This document shows, one piece after another, positions 10,101 to 18,437 of a DNA stretch of 64,000 bases. The notes beneath the pieces were generated by a model that was not told where the DNA came from, made no database searches, and saw only the letters and a program-made list of their open reading frames with translations. The DNA is taken from contig JAILCQ010000030.1 of NCBI GenBank assembly GCA_024679955.1, forward strand, positions 33,482 to 97,481. Direction: 5' to 3'. Position numbers and translations under genes: made by a program. The first letter of the stretch is position 1. Every line of letters begins with the position of its first letter. The stretch is from Bacillota bacterium (GTDB lineage: Bacteria > Bacillota > Dehalobacteriia > UBA4068).

Positions 10101-10566
10101 TGCTTTTGGCCCCCTCGATATCGCCGCTGAGTATTTTTTCCGGCACTTCCCCGGCGATGCAGGCGGACATGCAGATGATCCCCTTGCTGTAACGGCGCAG
10201 CACCTCCTTGTCCACCCGGGGCTTATAATAAAAGCCCTCCAGGGAACCGATGGAAACGATCTTGCACAGATTGCGGTAGCCTTCATTGGTTTCCGCCAGC
10301 AAAATCAAATGGCAGGCCGTGTCCCCTTTGCGGCCGCTGCGGGAAAAACGGTCGTTGCAGACATAAACCTCGCAGCCGATGATCGGCTTGATCCCCGCCT
10401 TTTTCGCCTGGGTGTAGAAATGGATGGCGCCGTACATGACGCCATGATCGGTGATGGCGCAGGCGGGCATGCCGTAGGCCGCGGCACGGGTCACCAAATC
10501 GTCGATTTTGGCCGCGCCGTCCAATAAGCTGTATTCCGTATGATTATGCAGATGCACAAATGCCAT
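7186..10566 (-). CDS. dnaE: DNA polymerase III alpha subunit (DnaE1 type)
   Basis: FVHLHNHTEYSLLDG (PHP), GRGSAAGS, PDIDTD, KMDLLGL, YGFNKSHS; C-terminal OB fold. Confidence 0.98.
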   Translation of the reverse strand: MAFVHLHNHTEYSLLDGAAKIDDLVTRAAAYGMPACAITDHGVMYGAIHFYTQAKKAGIKPIIGCEVYVCNDRFSRSGRKGDTACHLILLAETNEGYRNLCKIVSIGSLEGFYYKPRVDKEVLRRYSKGIICMSACIAGEVPEKILSGDIEGAKSIAREYLDIFGPEHYFIEIQNHGLREELICLPHLLRIADELSLKVVATNDLHYVDAADAEMHDILLCIQTGKIRSDENRMRFANDQFYLKTEEEMAALFADRPDALRNTVEIADRCQVDFEFGKLYMPNYQAPAGYDLQSYLRHLCEEGLNRLYRPVTPEIRERMEYELSIINRLDFPGYFLIVWDMINYARRQGISVGPGRGSAAGSIVAYCLGITNIDPLRYNLLFERFLNPERVTPPDIDTDISDLRRGEVVDYLVHKYGEDHVSQIVTFNFMLMKGAVRAVGRVLNMPYADVDKVVKLMPEDPKIKTIAKAMELSPDLRNIYDNDPQVKELLDIADKIQGMPSHCGKHAAGVAIAQDEVISYMPVQKDNKDGSVTTQYPKEQVEACGLVKMDLLGLRTLSVIDDAVENIEKSSGLKIDIDAIPLDDPATYAMLSEGDAIAVFQLESEGMRKILKNLRPERFEDIIALVALYRPGPLGSGMVDDFIDGKHGLKKVTYVHPSMENIVRETYGVILYQEQVMQIVQVLGGFSLGKADMIRRAMGKKKIEIINAARDDFVNGCKNNSIDQKTAEDIFELLKKFGEYGFNKSHSAAYALVSYRTAWLKANYPSEFMAAMMTSVMDTVDKVPEYIEECKRMGIAVLPPSINESDIKFSVVDGKIRYAMSAVKNVGREAVKRIVEEREANGPYASLADLCQRQLLNRKVLESLIRCGALDGLGSNRATMLASIDRALELSKKAEADKASDQLSLFDFGMDDVSGGATLQLIETPEYPFKQLLAMEKEMIGFYVSGHPLDVYGEQLYRKASHRIGQLAEAENGLRIKTAGLISGLTRRITKKGEPMAGFVLEDQQNAIHCTVFPKAYEKLQPMLAESRAVLLAARVRNENGMAELTVDDVQAPLKLYLRFADSQDPTVLQQARSLMSDYPGMIEVRAYFNDLQTYNDFPGIHGVDIDQSLLQSLRRLLGEKNVVAQ

Positions 10567-10602
10567 GTTTCGCTCCCTATCGCTTCCAAAACAAATCTCA
10601 AA

Positions 10603-11301
10603 CTAAAACATCATGCCTTTGGCGGCCAGGCTGATATAGCGGTTGCCGCTGACGATGATATGATCGGTGACGCTGATATTGATCTCGTTCAACACCGTTA
10701 CCAACCGTTTGGTCAATTTGACGTCGCCGACGCTGGCCTGCAGGCTGCCGCCGGGATGGTTGTGGCTCAGCACCACGCTGTTGGCTTTATAGGCCAGGGC
10801 CTTTTCCACCACCAGACGGGGATATACCGATACTTCGTTGATCGTGCCTTCATTGACCAGCACGGCCTGGATCAGACGGTTCTGATTGTCCAGGCATAAT
10901 AAGTAAAACTTCTCATAGGCGCAGCCGATAAACAGGCTGACGCAATATTCGCCCAGGGTATAGACGTTGTCGAACAGCAGGCGGTCGCCCCATTTGGACA
11001 ATTGATAGCTGCGGCAGATCTGCGGGATCAAGGCCAGAAAGGAAGCGGCGTTGGGGCCGACGCCTTTCACATCCAGCAATTGCCGGTACTCCGCGTCCAA
11101 TACCCCGGACAAACCGCCGAACTGTTGGATCAAACGATGGGCCAATTCATTTGTATCCCTGTACGGTATGGCATAAAACAGCAGCAATTCCAACACCTGA
11201 TGGTCGTCGAACTGGTCCAATCCTTCCTGCAGCGCCCGTTTTTTCAGCCGTTCCCGATGGCCGCTATGAATATTCTTTGCCGGTTTCTCTTTTTCTGCCA
11301 T
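10603..11301 (-). CDS. radC: RadC/JAB domain protein
   Basis: HSGHRERLK, LELLLFYAIP, HhH motif VKGVG, HNHPGG, DHIIV. Confidence 0.93.
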   Translation of the reverse strand: MAEKEKPAKNIHSGHRERLKKRALQEGLDQFDDHQVLELLLFYAIPYRDTNELAHRLIQQFGGLSGVLDAEYRQLLDVKGVGPNAASFLALIPQICRSYQLSKWGDRLLFDNVYTLGEYCVSLFIGCAYEKFYLLCLDNQNRLIQAVLVNEGTINEVSVYPRLVVEKALAYKANSVVLSHNHPGGSLQASVGDVKLTKRLVTVLNEINISVTDHIIVSGNRYISLAAKGMMF

Positions 11302-11347
11302 AAATCTTTCTCATTTCCTGATTCGCAAATCCAAAACGTTTCTGCCA

Positions 11348-12118
11348 TCATACCATTATGCTGCCGAACAAAAGCCAGGCCAGCAAAAACAGCAATTCGC
11401 CGCAAGCCACGCCTGCGCCATAGCAGGCCTCATCCAAACCGCCGGCGCTGAAATGCCTTTGACCGGCAAATATGTATACGCCCAATAAGGCGGTGACCAG
11501 CGACATCAGCATAGTCAAGCCGCTCAAAGGCAACAGGATCAACAAGGATAAGCCGGAGCAAATCCAAAAGCTCCTTTTGCTGAAGCCTTTATGCAGCCAT
11601 GCCGGCTCCGCGGCGGGAAAACCGTATACCAGCCATGCCAGCAGCCAACGGGAAAAAACCGGCGCGGCGATCAAAGGCGCGGCGCCGATCATCCGCCAGC
11701 GCAGCAGCAACAGATAAGCGATGTACAACACACACAGCCATACAGCGCCCCAACCGGCGGCCATTTTGCTGAAACGGAAAGCAGCCTTTTCCCGCCTTTC
11801 CTGCCAATCCGTAGGCAGCAAAGGGGTTTCCCCCGTTTCCGGGAAAACGCCACGCCGGCCCCCGTCCACCAGGGCCATCAAATCCTGCAAAAACAAACCG
11901 CCGCCCAAGAGCAGATTCGCTGCCGTCAATGCGGCGGCGGCGATGGGCAAAGGGATGGCAAGAAGCAAACGCGCCACACCCAGCAGGCAAAGGCCGCAAA
12001 GCAGGCCCAGCAAAGGCAGAAAGCGCAGGGCTTTCGGCAAAAGGTTTTGATCCCGCCGGTATTTGCCCGGCACGATCAAGTAGGTATACCTGGCCAGGAG
12101 CAACAAAAACAGCTTCAT
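11348..12118 (-). CDS. CobS-like membrane protein with degenerate active-site motifs
   Basis: CobS layout (ALRFLPLLGLLCG, GGGLFLQDLMALVDG, APVFSRW, GGLDEACYGA..E), but the canonical HxDGxxDxxD and GD motifs are altered. Confidence 0.6.
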   Translation of the reverse strand: MKLFLLLLARYTYLIVPGKYRRDQNLLPKALRFLPLLGLLCGLCLLGVARLLLAIPLPIAAAALTAANLLLGGGLFLQDLMALVDGGRRGVFPETGETPLLPTDWQERREKAAFRFSKMAAGWGAVWLCVLYIAYLLLLRWRMIGAAPLIAAPVFSRWLLAWLVYGFPAAEPAWLHKGFSKRSFWICSGLSLLILLPLSGLTMLMSLVTALLGVYIFAGQRHFSAGGLDEACYGAGVACGELLFLLAWLLFGSIMV

Positions 12119-12131
12119 CTATCCGCATCCT

Positions 12132-12383
12132 TTACGATTTGACATGCTTTTCCAATTCACAGATCCTTTTGTTTTTTTCCCACAGTTGCCGGGCATAATC
12201 GCCCACCTGTTTTTTCAAACCGGCGTTTTGCCGGCGCAACGTTTCTGTTTCTTTTTTTTGCTGGATTTGGCTTTGATGCAAAAGATCCAGCAATACGCCT
12301 CTGCTCAAACGCAAGCTGAAAACGCTTTCCTGAAGGGCGCGGATTTTATCCTCGTACACATCTTTGCCCAGAGATTCGTCCAT
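12132..12383 (-). CDS. Small coiled-coil hypothetical protein (83 aa)
   Basis: AAGGAG RBS; heptad pattern, LRLSRGVLLDLL...YARQLWEKN. Confidence 0.7.
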   Translation of the reverse strand: MDESLGKDVYEDKIRALQESVFSLRLSRGVLLDLLHQSQIQQKKETETLRRQNAGLKKQVGDYARQLWEKNKRICELEKHVKS

Positions 12384-12436
12384 AAGCCTATCTCCTTTGC
12401 CGGTGGATTGGCCGCCGGCCATACGGCGGCAAAAGT

Positions 12437-12465
12437 AGTATATGCCTATGCGGATCGGGCTATTC
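12437..12465 (-). promoter_or_regulatory. Putative sigmaE sporulation promoter
   Basis: GAATAGC-N14-CATATACT; same -10 octamer and spacing as the spoIIIA promoter at 57079-57107. Confidence 0.6.
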
Positions 12466-13275
12466 TTTATGCTGGGCCAGAAGAGCCAATTGACCCAGGG
12501 TGGTCACCCGGCAGCCCAGCTCGCGAAAGCCGGGAGCATGAAAATCGGAGCCGCCCAAAGCGGCCAAGCCATGAGCCCTGGCGATTTGCAGATATTTGCG
12601 TTCGGCCATGCGGTTATGCTCCCGATGGTATACCTCTATACCGCCCAGACCGGCTCTGATCAAACAGGGGATCAAATAATCGCCGCCGCCTACGCCGGGA
12701 TGGGCCAAAACGGCGACGCCGCCGGCAGAGCGTATGATTTCCACGGCTTCCAGCGGGTCCAGCTTCATCCGGGGCACATAGGCCGGCGCGCCGCAGGACA
12801 ACCATTTGGCGAAAACTTCTTTCATGCTGTCCGCATAGCCTTTTTTCACCATGGCCTTGGCCACATGAGGCCGGCCCAGGCTTTGGGCTTTGCCGTTGGC
12901 CGCATCGATCACATCCGTCACGTCCAGCTTGAAACCCAGGCGATTAAGGCGGTCCACGATTTCCTGGCAGCGGGTCAACCGGGATTCCCGCATTTCGATC
13001 ATACGGGGATGGCCGTCCAATTGGCGGTGATCCAGCCAGTAACCCAGGATATGCACTTCATGCTCCCCATGCTGCGCCGAAAGCTCCACCCCGGCAATAA
13101 ACGGATAATCCAGTTCGCCGGCGCGTTTTTGCGCTTCTTCTATGCCGGCCATGGTATCATGATCGGTGATGGCAATGCCCAGAAGCCCCAGGTCCCTGGC
13201 CTTTTCCACCAGGCGCGCCGGCGAGCATTGCCCGTCGGAGGCGTCGCTATGCACATGGGTATCGAAACCGGTCAT
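12460..13275 (-). CDS. PHP domain phosphoesterase (TrpH/YciV-like)
   Basis: DTHVHSDASDG, ITDHD, GVELS, HILGY, GRPH, LAHP, GGSDFH. Confidence 0.92.
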   Translation of the reverse strand: MTGFDTHVHSDASDGQCSPARLVEKARDLGLLGIAITDHDTMAGIEEAQKRAGELDYPFIAGVELSAQHGEHEVHILGYWLDHRQLDGHPRMIEMRESRLTRCQEIVDRLNRLGFKLDVTDVIDAANGKAQSLGRPHVAKAMVKKGYADSMKEVFAKWLSCGAPAYVPRMKLDPLEAVEIIRSAGGVAVLAHPGVGGGDYLIPCLIRAGLGGIEVYHREHNRMAERKYLQIARAHGLAALGGSDFHAPGFRELGCRVTTLGQLALLAQHKE

Positions 13276-13319
13276 GTTCTACTCTCCTTGAGAAAACCCG
13301 CCTGCCGGTGGGCATGCGT

Positions 13320-14240
13320 TTATTGGGGCAAGACCTGCTGCAGCAAATCCTTGATATTGTCGCCAGCCACCCGGCAAATCTCTCTTTCGCTGAAGCCCCG
13401 GTCGGACAAAGCCTGATACAGCAGGGGCAAATACTCTACTCCCTGCATGCCGTCGCCCAAATCCGCGCCGTCATAATCGCTGCCCAGAGCCACCCCTTCT
13501 ATACCCATGATATCCGCCGCATGGGCGATATGATCGCACAGGCGCTCCAAATTGCCGGGGGCGCCCAGAAAATCCGGTACAAAGGTTATGCCGGCCACAC
13601 AGCCCAAACGGGCCATTTCCCGCATCTGCCGGTCGGTGATATTGCGGGGATACGGCCCCGGATCGGGGTTCAGGGCGGCGCAGCAGGTATGGGAAACGAT
13701 AAAGGGGGCGTCGCAGTATTCCGTCAATTGCCAAAAGCTTTTTTCACCCATGTGGGCCGCGTCCAGCAATATCCCCATCTGATTGCAGCGGCGGATCAGC
13801 GCCTTGCCCGCCGGCGTGATCTCCCCGTTCTCGGCGCAGCCGCCGGCGAATGGATTATTGAGATTCCAGGTCAGCCCCAGAAAACGCAGCCCCTGATCAA
13901 ACCAGCGCTGCAAATGCTCCGCCGACGCGCCCAGGCATTTGGCCCCTTCGGCGCCGATCAGGATCATGGTATGCCTGGATTCCTGCAATTGCCGCCGGCC
14001 GGTCAAGACCTCCAGCCATGGGCCCTCTTCTTCCACGTCCCGCAGCAAAGCCGTGAATACGGCGTCCCATATCTCCGTTTCCCGGGACTGATATTCCGGC
14101 GTTTCCGTGCATATGGCGAAAAAAGCTACGTCCAAATATTGCTGCAGCCGGTCAAAATCCAAATCTGCCTGGGGCAAGGTATCCAAAGTTTTATGCCGCA
14201 ACAAATACATGGCCGTGTCGCAATGGGCGTCTATGCGCAT
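13320..14240 (-). CDS. Membrane dipeptidase (M19 family)
   Basis: IDAHCDT, GAEG, LTWN, DAAH, SHT, RNITD, LGSDYDG. Confidence 0.9.
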   Translation of the reverse strand: MRIDAHCDTAMYLLRHKTLDTLPQADLDFDRLQQYLDVAFFAICTETPEYQSRETEIWDAVFTALLRDVEEEGPWLEVLTGRRQLQESRHTMILIGAEGAKCLGASAEHLQRWFDQGLRFLGLTWNLNNPFAGGCAENGEITPAGKALIRRCNQMGILLDAAHMGEKSFWQLTEYCDAPFIVSHTCCAALNPDPGPYPRNITDRQMREMARLGCVAGITFVPDFLGAPGNLERLCDHIAHAADIMGIEGVALGSDYDGADLGDGMQGVEYLPLLYQALSDRGFSEREICRVAGDNIKDLLQQVLPQ

Positions 14241-14269
14241 GCTCGCTGTCTCCTTTCCTATCCCGGCGG

Positions 14270-15052
14270 TCACAGGGCCGGCTCCCAAAAATGCAGGGGC
14301 GTTATGCTTTGGCAATGTCCCTGGCCGTCGATTTCCGCCACGATGCCGTTGAATTGCAAATCGCCTCTTGCCGTTGCAAATTTTGCCGGCAGGCCGTCCA
14401 AAAAACGTTTGACGATAATATCTTTATCCACCCCCAGCACCGAATCCCGGGGGCCGGTCATACCCACGTCGGTGATAAAGCCGGTACCTTTAGGCAGTAT
14501 TCTGGCGTCGGCGGTTTGCACATGGGTATGGGTGCCTACGCAAACGCTGGCCCGCCCGTCCACATACCAACCCATGGCGATCTTTTCGCTGGTGGCCTCG
14601 GCATGAAAATCCACAAAGACATAGGGCGTTTCCGCCCGGGCCTGTTCCAACAGCTTATCCACGGTGCGGAAAGGGCAATCCACGCCGGCCATATAGACCC
14701 GGCCCAACAAATTGATCACCGCCACGGATACGTCGCCCGCGCGGTACAGGCCCATGCCCCGCCCCGGCAAACCCGGCGGCAGGTTGGCGGGCCGCAGCAA
14801 ACGTTTTTCATCCTGAATGAAGTTGAATATATCCCGATTGTCCCAGGTGTGATTGCCCATGGTAAACACGTCTACCCCGCAGGCATGCAGCTCCTGAAAG
14901 GCTTTTCGGGTGATGCCGAATCCGCCGGCGCAGTTTTCCCCGTTGGCGATGATAAGATCCGCCCGGTATTCGTCGATCAAACGGGGCAATTGATTGCTTA
15001 CCATGCGCCTGCCCGGCGCGCCGACGATATCGCCGATGAACAGTATATTCAT
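14270..15052 (-). CDS. ymdB: TIGR00282 family metallophosphoesterase YmdB
   Basis: FIGDIVG, ANGEN, MGNHTWD, DFHAEATSEK, GTHTHVQTAD, DVGMTG; downstream of rny. Confidence 0.95.
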   Translation of the reverse strand: MNILFIGDIVGAPGRRMVSNQLPRLIDEYRADLIIANGENCAGGFGITRKAFQELHACGVDVFTMGNHTWDNRDIFNFIQDEKRLLRPANLPPGLPGRGMGLYRAGDVSVAVINLLGRVYMAGVDCPFRTVDKLLEQARAETPYVFVDFHAEATSEKIAMGWYVDGRASVCVGTHTHVQTADARILPKGTGFITDVGMTGPRDSVLGVDKDIIVKRFLDGLPAKFATARGDLQFNGIVAEIDGQGHCQSITPLHFWEPAL

Positions 15053-15228
15053 AGTGGCTCCTTTTCCAAGCAAGGGCAAAGCCTTCGTACAAAAGCAGTA
15101 TATGCTGATCCTGCGCTTCCTAGCCACGGGATGAGACAGAAAAAAGCCGGCCGTTCCCGGCGGCAGCCCGGGCTTTGCCGCCTGCCGGAAGAATCGCCGG
15201 CAGGAAAACAGGCGAACGCGTCACCAGT

Positions 15229-15257
15229 ATTATACCATGAACAGACTTCTGAAGCAA
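15229..15257 (-). promoter_or_regulatory. sigmaA promoter for ymdB (extended -10)
   Basis: TTGCTT-N17-TATAAT with a TG motif. Confidence 0.65.
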
Positions 15258-15295
15258 AAAACCGTTCCCGAAGTTTCCCTGCAGGAACGGTTTTT
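15256..15295 (-). terminator. Intrinsic terminator of rny
   Basis: AAAAACCGTTCC...GGAACGGTTTTT inverted repeat. Confidence 0.7.
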
Positions 15296-15321
15296 ATTCG
15301 GCAATTCCGGCGGCAAACAGA

Positions 15322-16863
15322 CTATTTTGCGTAATCCACCGCCCGGGTTTCCCGGATCACCACAACTTTGATTTGGCCCGGATATTCCAATTCCGCTTCG
15401 ATTTTCTTGACGATCTCTTTGGCGGTGCGGGCTGCCAGCAAATCGTCGATTTTATCCGGCTGGACGATGATGCGGATCTCCCGTCCGGCTTGGATCGCGT
15501 AGGATTTTTCCACGCCGTCAAAGCTTTCGGCGATTTCTTCCAGTTTTTCCAGTCGCTTGATATAATATTCCAAAGTCTCCCGACGGGCGCCGGGACGGGC
15601 GGCGGAAATGGTATCCGCAGCCTGCACCAGGGCCGCTTCCAGGGTGTCCACCTCTACGTCGCCGTGATGGGCCAAAACCGCGTGGACGACCTCGGGGCTT
15701 TCTTTATATTTGCGGGCGAAATCGGCGCCGATGACCGCATGGGAGCCTTCCATTTCGTGGTCGATGGCTTTGCCGATATCATGCAGCAGGCCGGCCCGTT
15801 TCGCCAGGGCGATATCCGCGCCCAATTCGGCTGCCATTACCCCGGCCAGGTGGGCGACTTCCACAGAGTGCTTCAGAACGTTTTGTCCGTAGCTGGTACG
15901 GAATTTCAACCGGCCCAGCAATTTGATCAATTCATTGTGCAAACCATGTACATTGGTATCGAAGGTAGCCTGTTCGCCTTCTTCCCAGATGCGCTGTTCC
16001 ACTTCTTTGCGGGAGCGCTCCACCATTTCTTCGATGCGCCCCGGCTGGATACGGCCGTCCAGGATCAGTTTTTCCAAAGCCACCCGGGCGATCTCCCGCC
16101 GCACCGGGTCGAAACCGGAAAGGATGACCGCTTCCGGCGTATCGTCGATGATCAAATCAATGCCGGTCAAGGTTTCCAGGGTGCGGATATTGCGGCCTTC
16201 CCGGCCGATGATCCGGCCTTTCATTTCCTCATTGGGCAAGGATACCACGGAAACGGTAGTTTCCGCCACATGATCCGCCGCCACCCGCTGAATGGCCCCG
16301 GCCACGATTTTCCGGGCCCGTTTTTCTCCCTCTTCTTTGGCGGAATTCTCGATTTCTTTTACCAGCATAGCCGCTTCGTGCTTGACTTCTTCTTCTATGC
16401 TGGTCAATAAAATCTGTTTTGCTTCCGCTGTGGTGATGCCGGAAATGGATTCCAATTCCTGCAGCTTCTGCTGCTGCAATTCCACTGCTTTTTGTCTGCG
16501 GTTTTCCGCGTCCGCTTCTTTTTTGCGGATGGACTCTTCTTTTTTCTCTATGCTATCCAGTTTTCGGTCGATATCTTCTTCTTTCTTTTGCAAACGTTTT
16601 TCCTGACGGACGATTTCGTTGAATTTTTCCTTATTATCCCGGTCCGCTTCTGCGCGCTGCCGGTGGATTTCTTCTTTGGCTTCCAACAAAGCTTCTTTTT
16701 TTCTGGTTTCGCTTTCTTTTTTGGCTTCGATCAAAATTTTTGCCGCCGCTTCTTCGGCGGATTTGATTTTGGCTTCCGCAATATTTTTGCGCATATAGTA
16801 TCCGGCCACCAAGCCGATGGCTAAACACACCAAAGCCAATAATGTAACAATGACTGGATGCAT
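15322..16863 (-). CDS. rny: Ribonuclease Y
   Basis: N-terminal TM, coiled coil, KH domain ([14 protein letters not shown]), HD domain (LLHDIGK). Confidence 0.98.
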   Translation of the reverse strand: MHPVIVTLLALVCLAIGLVAGYYMRKNIAEAKIKSAEEAAAKILIEAKKESETRKKEALLEAKEEIHRQRAEADRDNKEKFNEIVRQEKRLQKKEEDIDRKLDSIEKKEESIRKKEADAENRRQKAVELQQQKLQELESISGITTAEAKQILLTSIEEEVKHEAAMLVKEIENSAKEEGEKRARKIVAGAIQRVAADHVAETTVSVVSLPNEEMKGRIIGREGRNIRTLETLTGIDLIIDDTPEAVILSGFDPVRREIARVALEKLILDGRIQPGRIEEMVERSRKEVEQRIWEEGEQATFDTNVHGLHNELIKLLGRLKFRTSYGQNVLKHSVEVAHLAGVMAAELGADIALAKRAGLLHDIGKAIDHEMEGSHAVIGADFARKYKESPEVVHAVLAHHGDVEVDTLEAALVQAADTISAARPGARRETLEYYIKRLEKLEEIAESFDGVEKSYAIQAGREIRIIVQPDKIDDLLAARTAKEIVKKIEAELEYPGQIKVVVIRETRAVDYAK

Positions 16864-17085
16864 AATTCACCTCCGTTCTCTGTTTTTTGGTTATTTTTGC
16901 TGAATGTTAAAAAAATAACCGGGTTAAAAACCCGGTTCGTGAATATAGATGAATGACCCACGACACTTTTCGCCTTGGATATGCATAATATATATAGGAT
17001 TTTAACTAAACGGATTATATATATCTCACTTCATCTATATATCATATCAGAAATTCTGCTGAGAATCCCGAACAGTCTTTAACAT
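16864..17085 (-). ncRNA. Candidate structured leader RNA with terminator hairpin upstream of rny
   Basis: Nested inverted repeats (16943-16953/17030-17040 and 16988-16996/17016-17024), then hairpin 16917-16937 followed by U7. Confidence 0.5.
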
Positions 17086-17089
17086 ATAT

Positions 17090-17118
17090 ATATTATTATT
17101 TTTCCAGACGAATGTCAA
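17090..17118 (-). promoter_or_regulatory. sigmaA promoter upstream of the rny leader
   Basis: TTGACA-N17-TAATAT. Confidence 0.6.
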
Positions 17119-17149
17119 GAACTAATTATGCCGGCGCAAGGTTTGGCGA

Positions 17150-17869
17150 TCACGCCTTCAGCGGACGGATGATACCCATAGGCGTCTGCTGCCCTTCCTG
17201 GCCCAAAGGATTGTCTTTCAAAATCCGCACCATCAAATCTTTGTCGATGGATTTATCGGAAACGCCCAAAATGACGCCGCCCAAATCGTTCACGTCGGTA
17301 ATGATCACCGGCACGCCCACCGCGTCGGACACATATTTGGCGGTTTTGTCTGGTTCCAAAGGCCCCAAGGTAACGCAATGGTTCAACGGTTCCACCACAT
17401 AATCGGCAGGACCGTCGATGGAAGCCACCCGATAACCGGCGATTTTATAAAACCAGCCCCGGCGGCCAAACAGCTTGCCGATGGCGGAAACGAAAGCGGC
17501 GAACAAAATGCGCAGCCGTCCGCATTCCCGAACCGCCATTTCCATGGTTTCCGGAATGCTGATGCCCACGCCATGGGGGTTTTTATAAACGAATTTCACC
17601 AAAAACCGCGCCAAACGGCTGGGTTTGATGGTTTCCACCGGTATGGACCGGCCTTGGGTGGCGGCGACGCTTTTTTCGCCGAAAAAGATGATATCCCCTT
17701 TTTCCAATAATGGCCCGGCGTATTTTTGGGCCACTTCCGCCAGGTCGTCCCCTTGCCACAGCACATGGGTGCGCAGGCAAATGCGCCGGTAGGTCACGCC
17801 GTCCACTGTAATATCCGCGTTCTTTCCTTCGTTGATTACCGCATATTCGTTAGCAAATTCCGTCGTCAC
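17150..17869 (-). CDS. CofE-like (F420-0:gamma-glutamyl ligase-related) protein
   Basis: LRTH, GDIIFFGEKSVAATQGR, IDG, LGP..PD, DVNDLG, DNPLGQEGQQTP. Confidence 0.8.
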   Translation of the reverse strand: MTTEFANEYAVINEGKNADITVDGVTYRRICLRTHVLWQGDDLAEVAQKYAGPLLEKGDIIFFGEKSVAATQGRSIPVETIKPSRLARFLVKFVYKNPHGVGISIPETMEMAVRECGRLRILFAAFVSAIGKLFGRRGWFYKIAGYRVASIDGPADYVVEPLNHCVTLGPLEPDKTAKYVSDAVGVPVIITDVNDLGGVILGVSDKSIDKDLMVRILKDNPLGQEGQQTPMGIIRPLKA

Positions 17870-17905
17870 GTTTCTTACCCTCTTTTTTTATTGGCGTACG
17901 CGTTT

Positions 17906-17934
17906 ATTATACGCCGCCACAGCATCAAGGTCAA
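17906..17934 (-). promoter_or_regulatory. sigmaA promoter for the CofE-like gene
   Basis: TTGACC-N17-TATAAT. Confidence 0.7.
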
Positions 17935-17936
17935 TG

Positions 17937-18437
17937 CTAAATGTCATTTTGCAGCAGATGAAATATTTCGCTCACGGAGAACCCGCGCCGGGACAGGCGT
18001 CTGGCGATCCGTTGTATCTCTTTCGCGTATTGTTCCCGGGACAGATCCGCCGGCAATTTGTCCCGTTCCTTGGCCACAGCCCGGGCCAGGACTTCCCTTT
18101 CGGTTTGCCGGTCATAGTATTGCTCCATCGCGCTGGCGATATGCTCTTCTTTCACGCCTTTTTGCCGCAATTTTTGCCGGACGTACAAGCGTCCCCCATA
18201 TTGATACTGCTGATAATGGCGGATCACCGCCGCCGCCAAGCGTTTTTCATCCAAATAGCCCAATTCCTTGAGCCGTTCTATGGTTTCCGCGGCGTCGCTT
18301 TCACCGGCGCCTTTGGCCAGCAGCTTGGACAGCAGCTCGGCCTCGCTGTAATCCCGCATGCCCAGCAGATGCAAGGCGGCGGCATATACTTTGTCCGCCG
18401 GCAATACGCCGGCGCGGGCAGGTTTATTCCAATTCAT
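17937..18437 (-). CDS. recX: Recombination regulator RecX
   Basis: [41 protein letters not shown]; overlaps the recA stop. Confidence 0.93.
   Translation of the reverse strand: MNWNKPARAGVLPADKVYAAALHLLGMRDYSEAELLSKLLAKGAGESDAAETIERLKELGYLDEKRLAAAVIRHYQQYQYGGRLYVRQKLRQKGVKEEHIASAMEQYYDRQTEREVLARAVAKERDKLPADLSREQYAKEIQRIARRLSRRGFSVSEIFHLLQNDI

Noticed and set aside
14241-14269. Missing spoVS after ymdB
   Set aside because: A simple synteny difference; the gene may lie elsewhere and this cannot be judged from the window.
16978-17104. dif-like half matches (GCATAA-TATATA; ATATGTTAAAG)
   Set aside because: Only one arm matches in each case, gene orientation does not switch here, and the sequence is explained by the rny promoter and leader.
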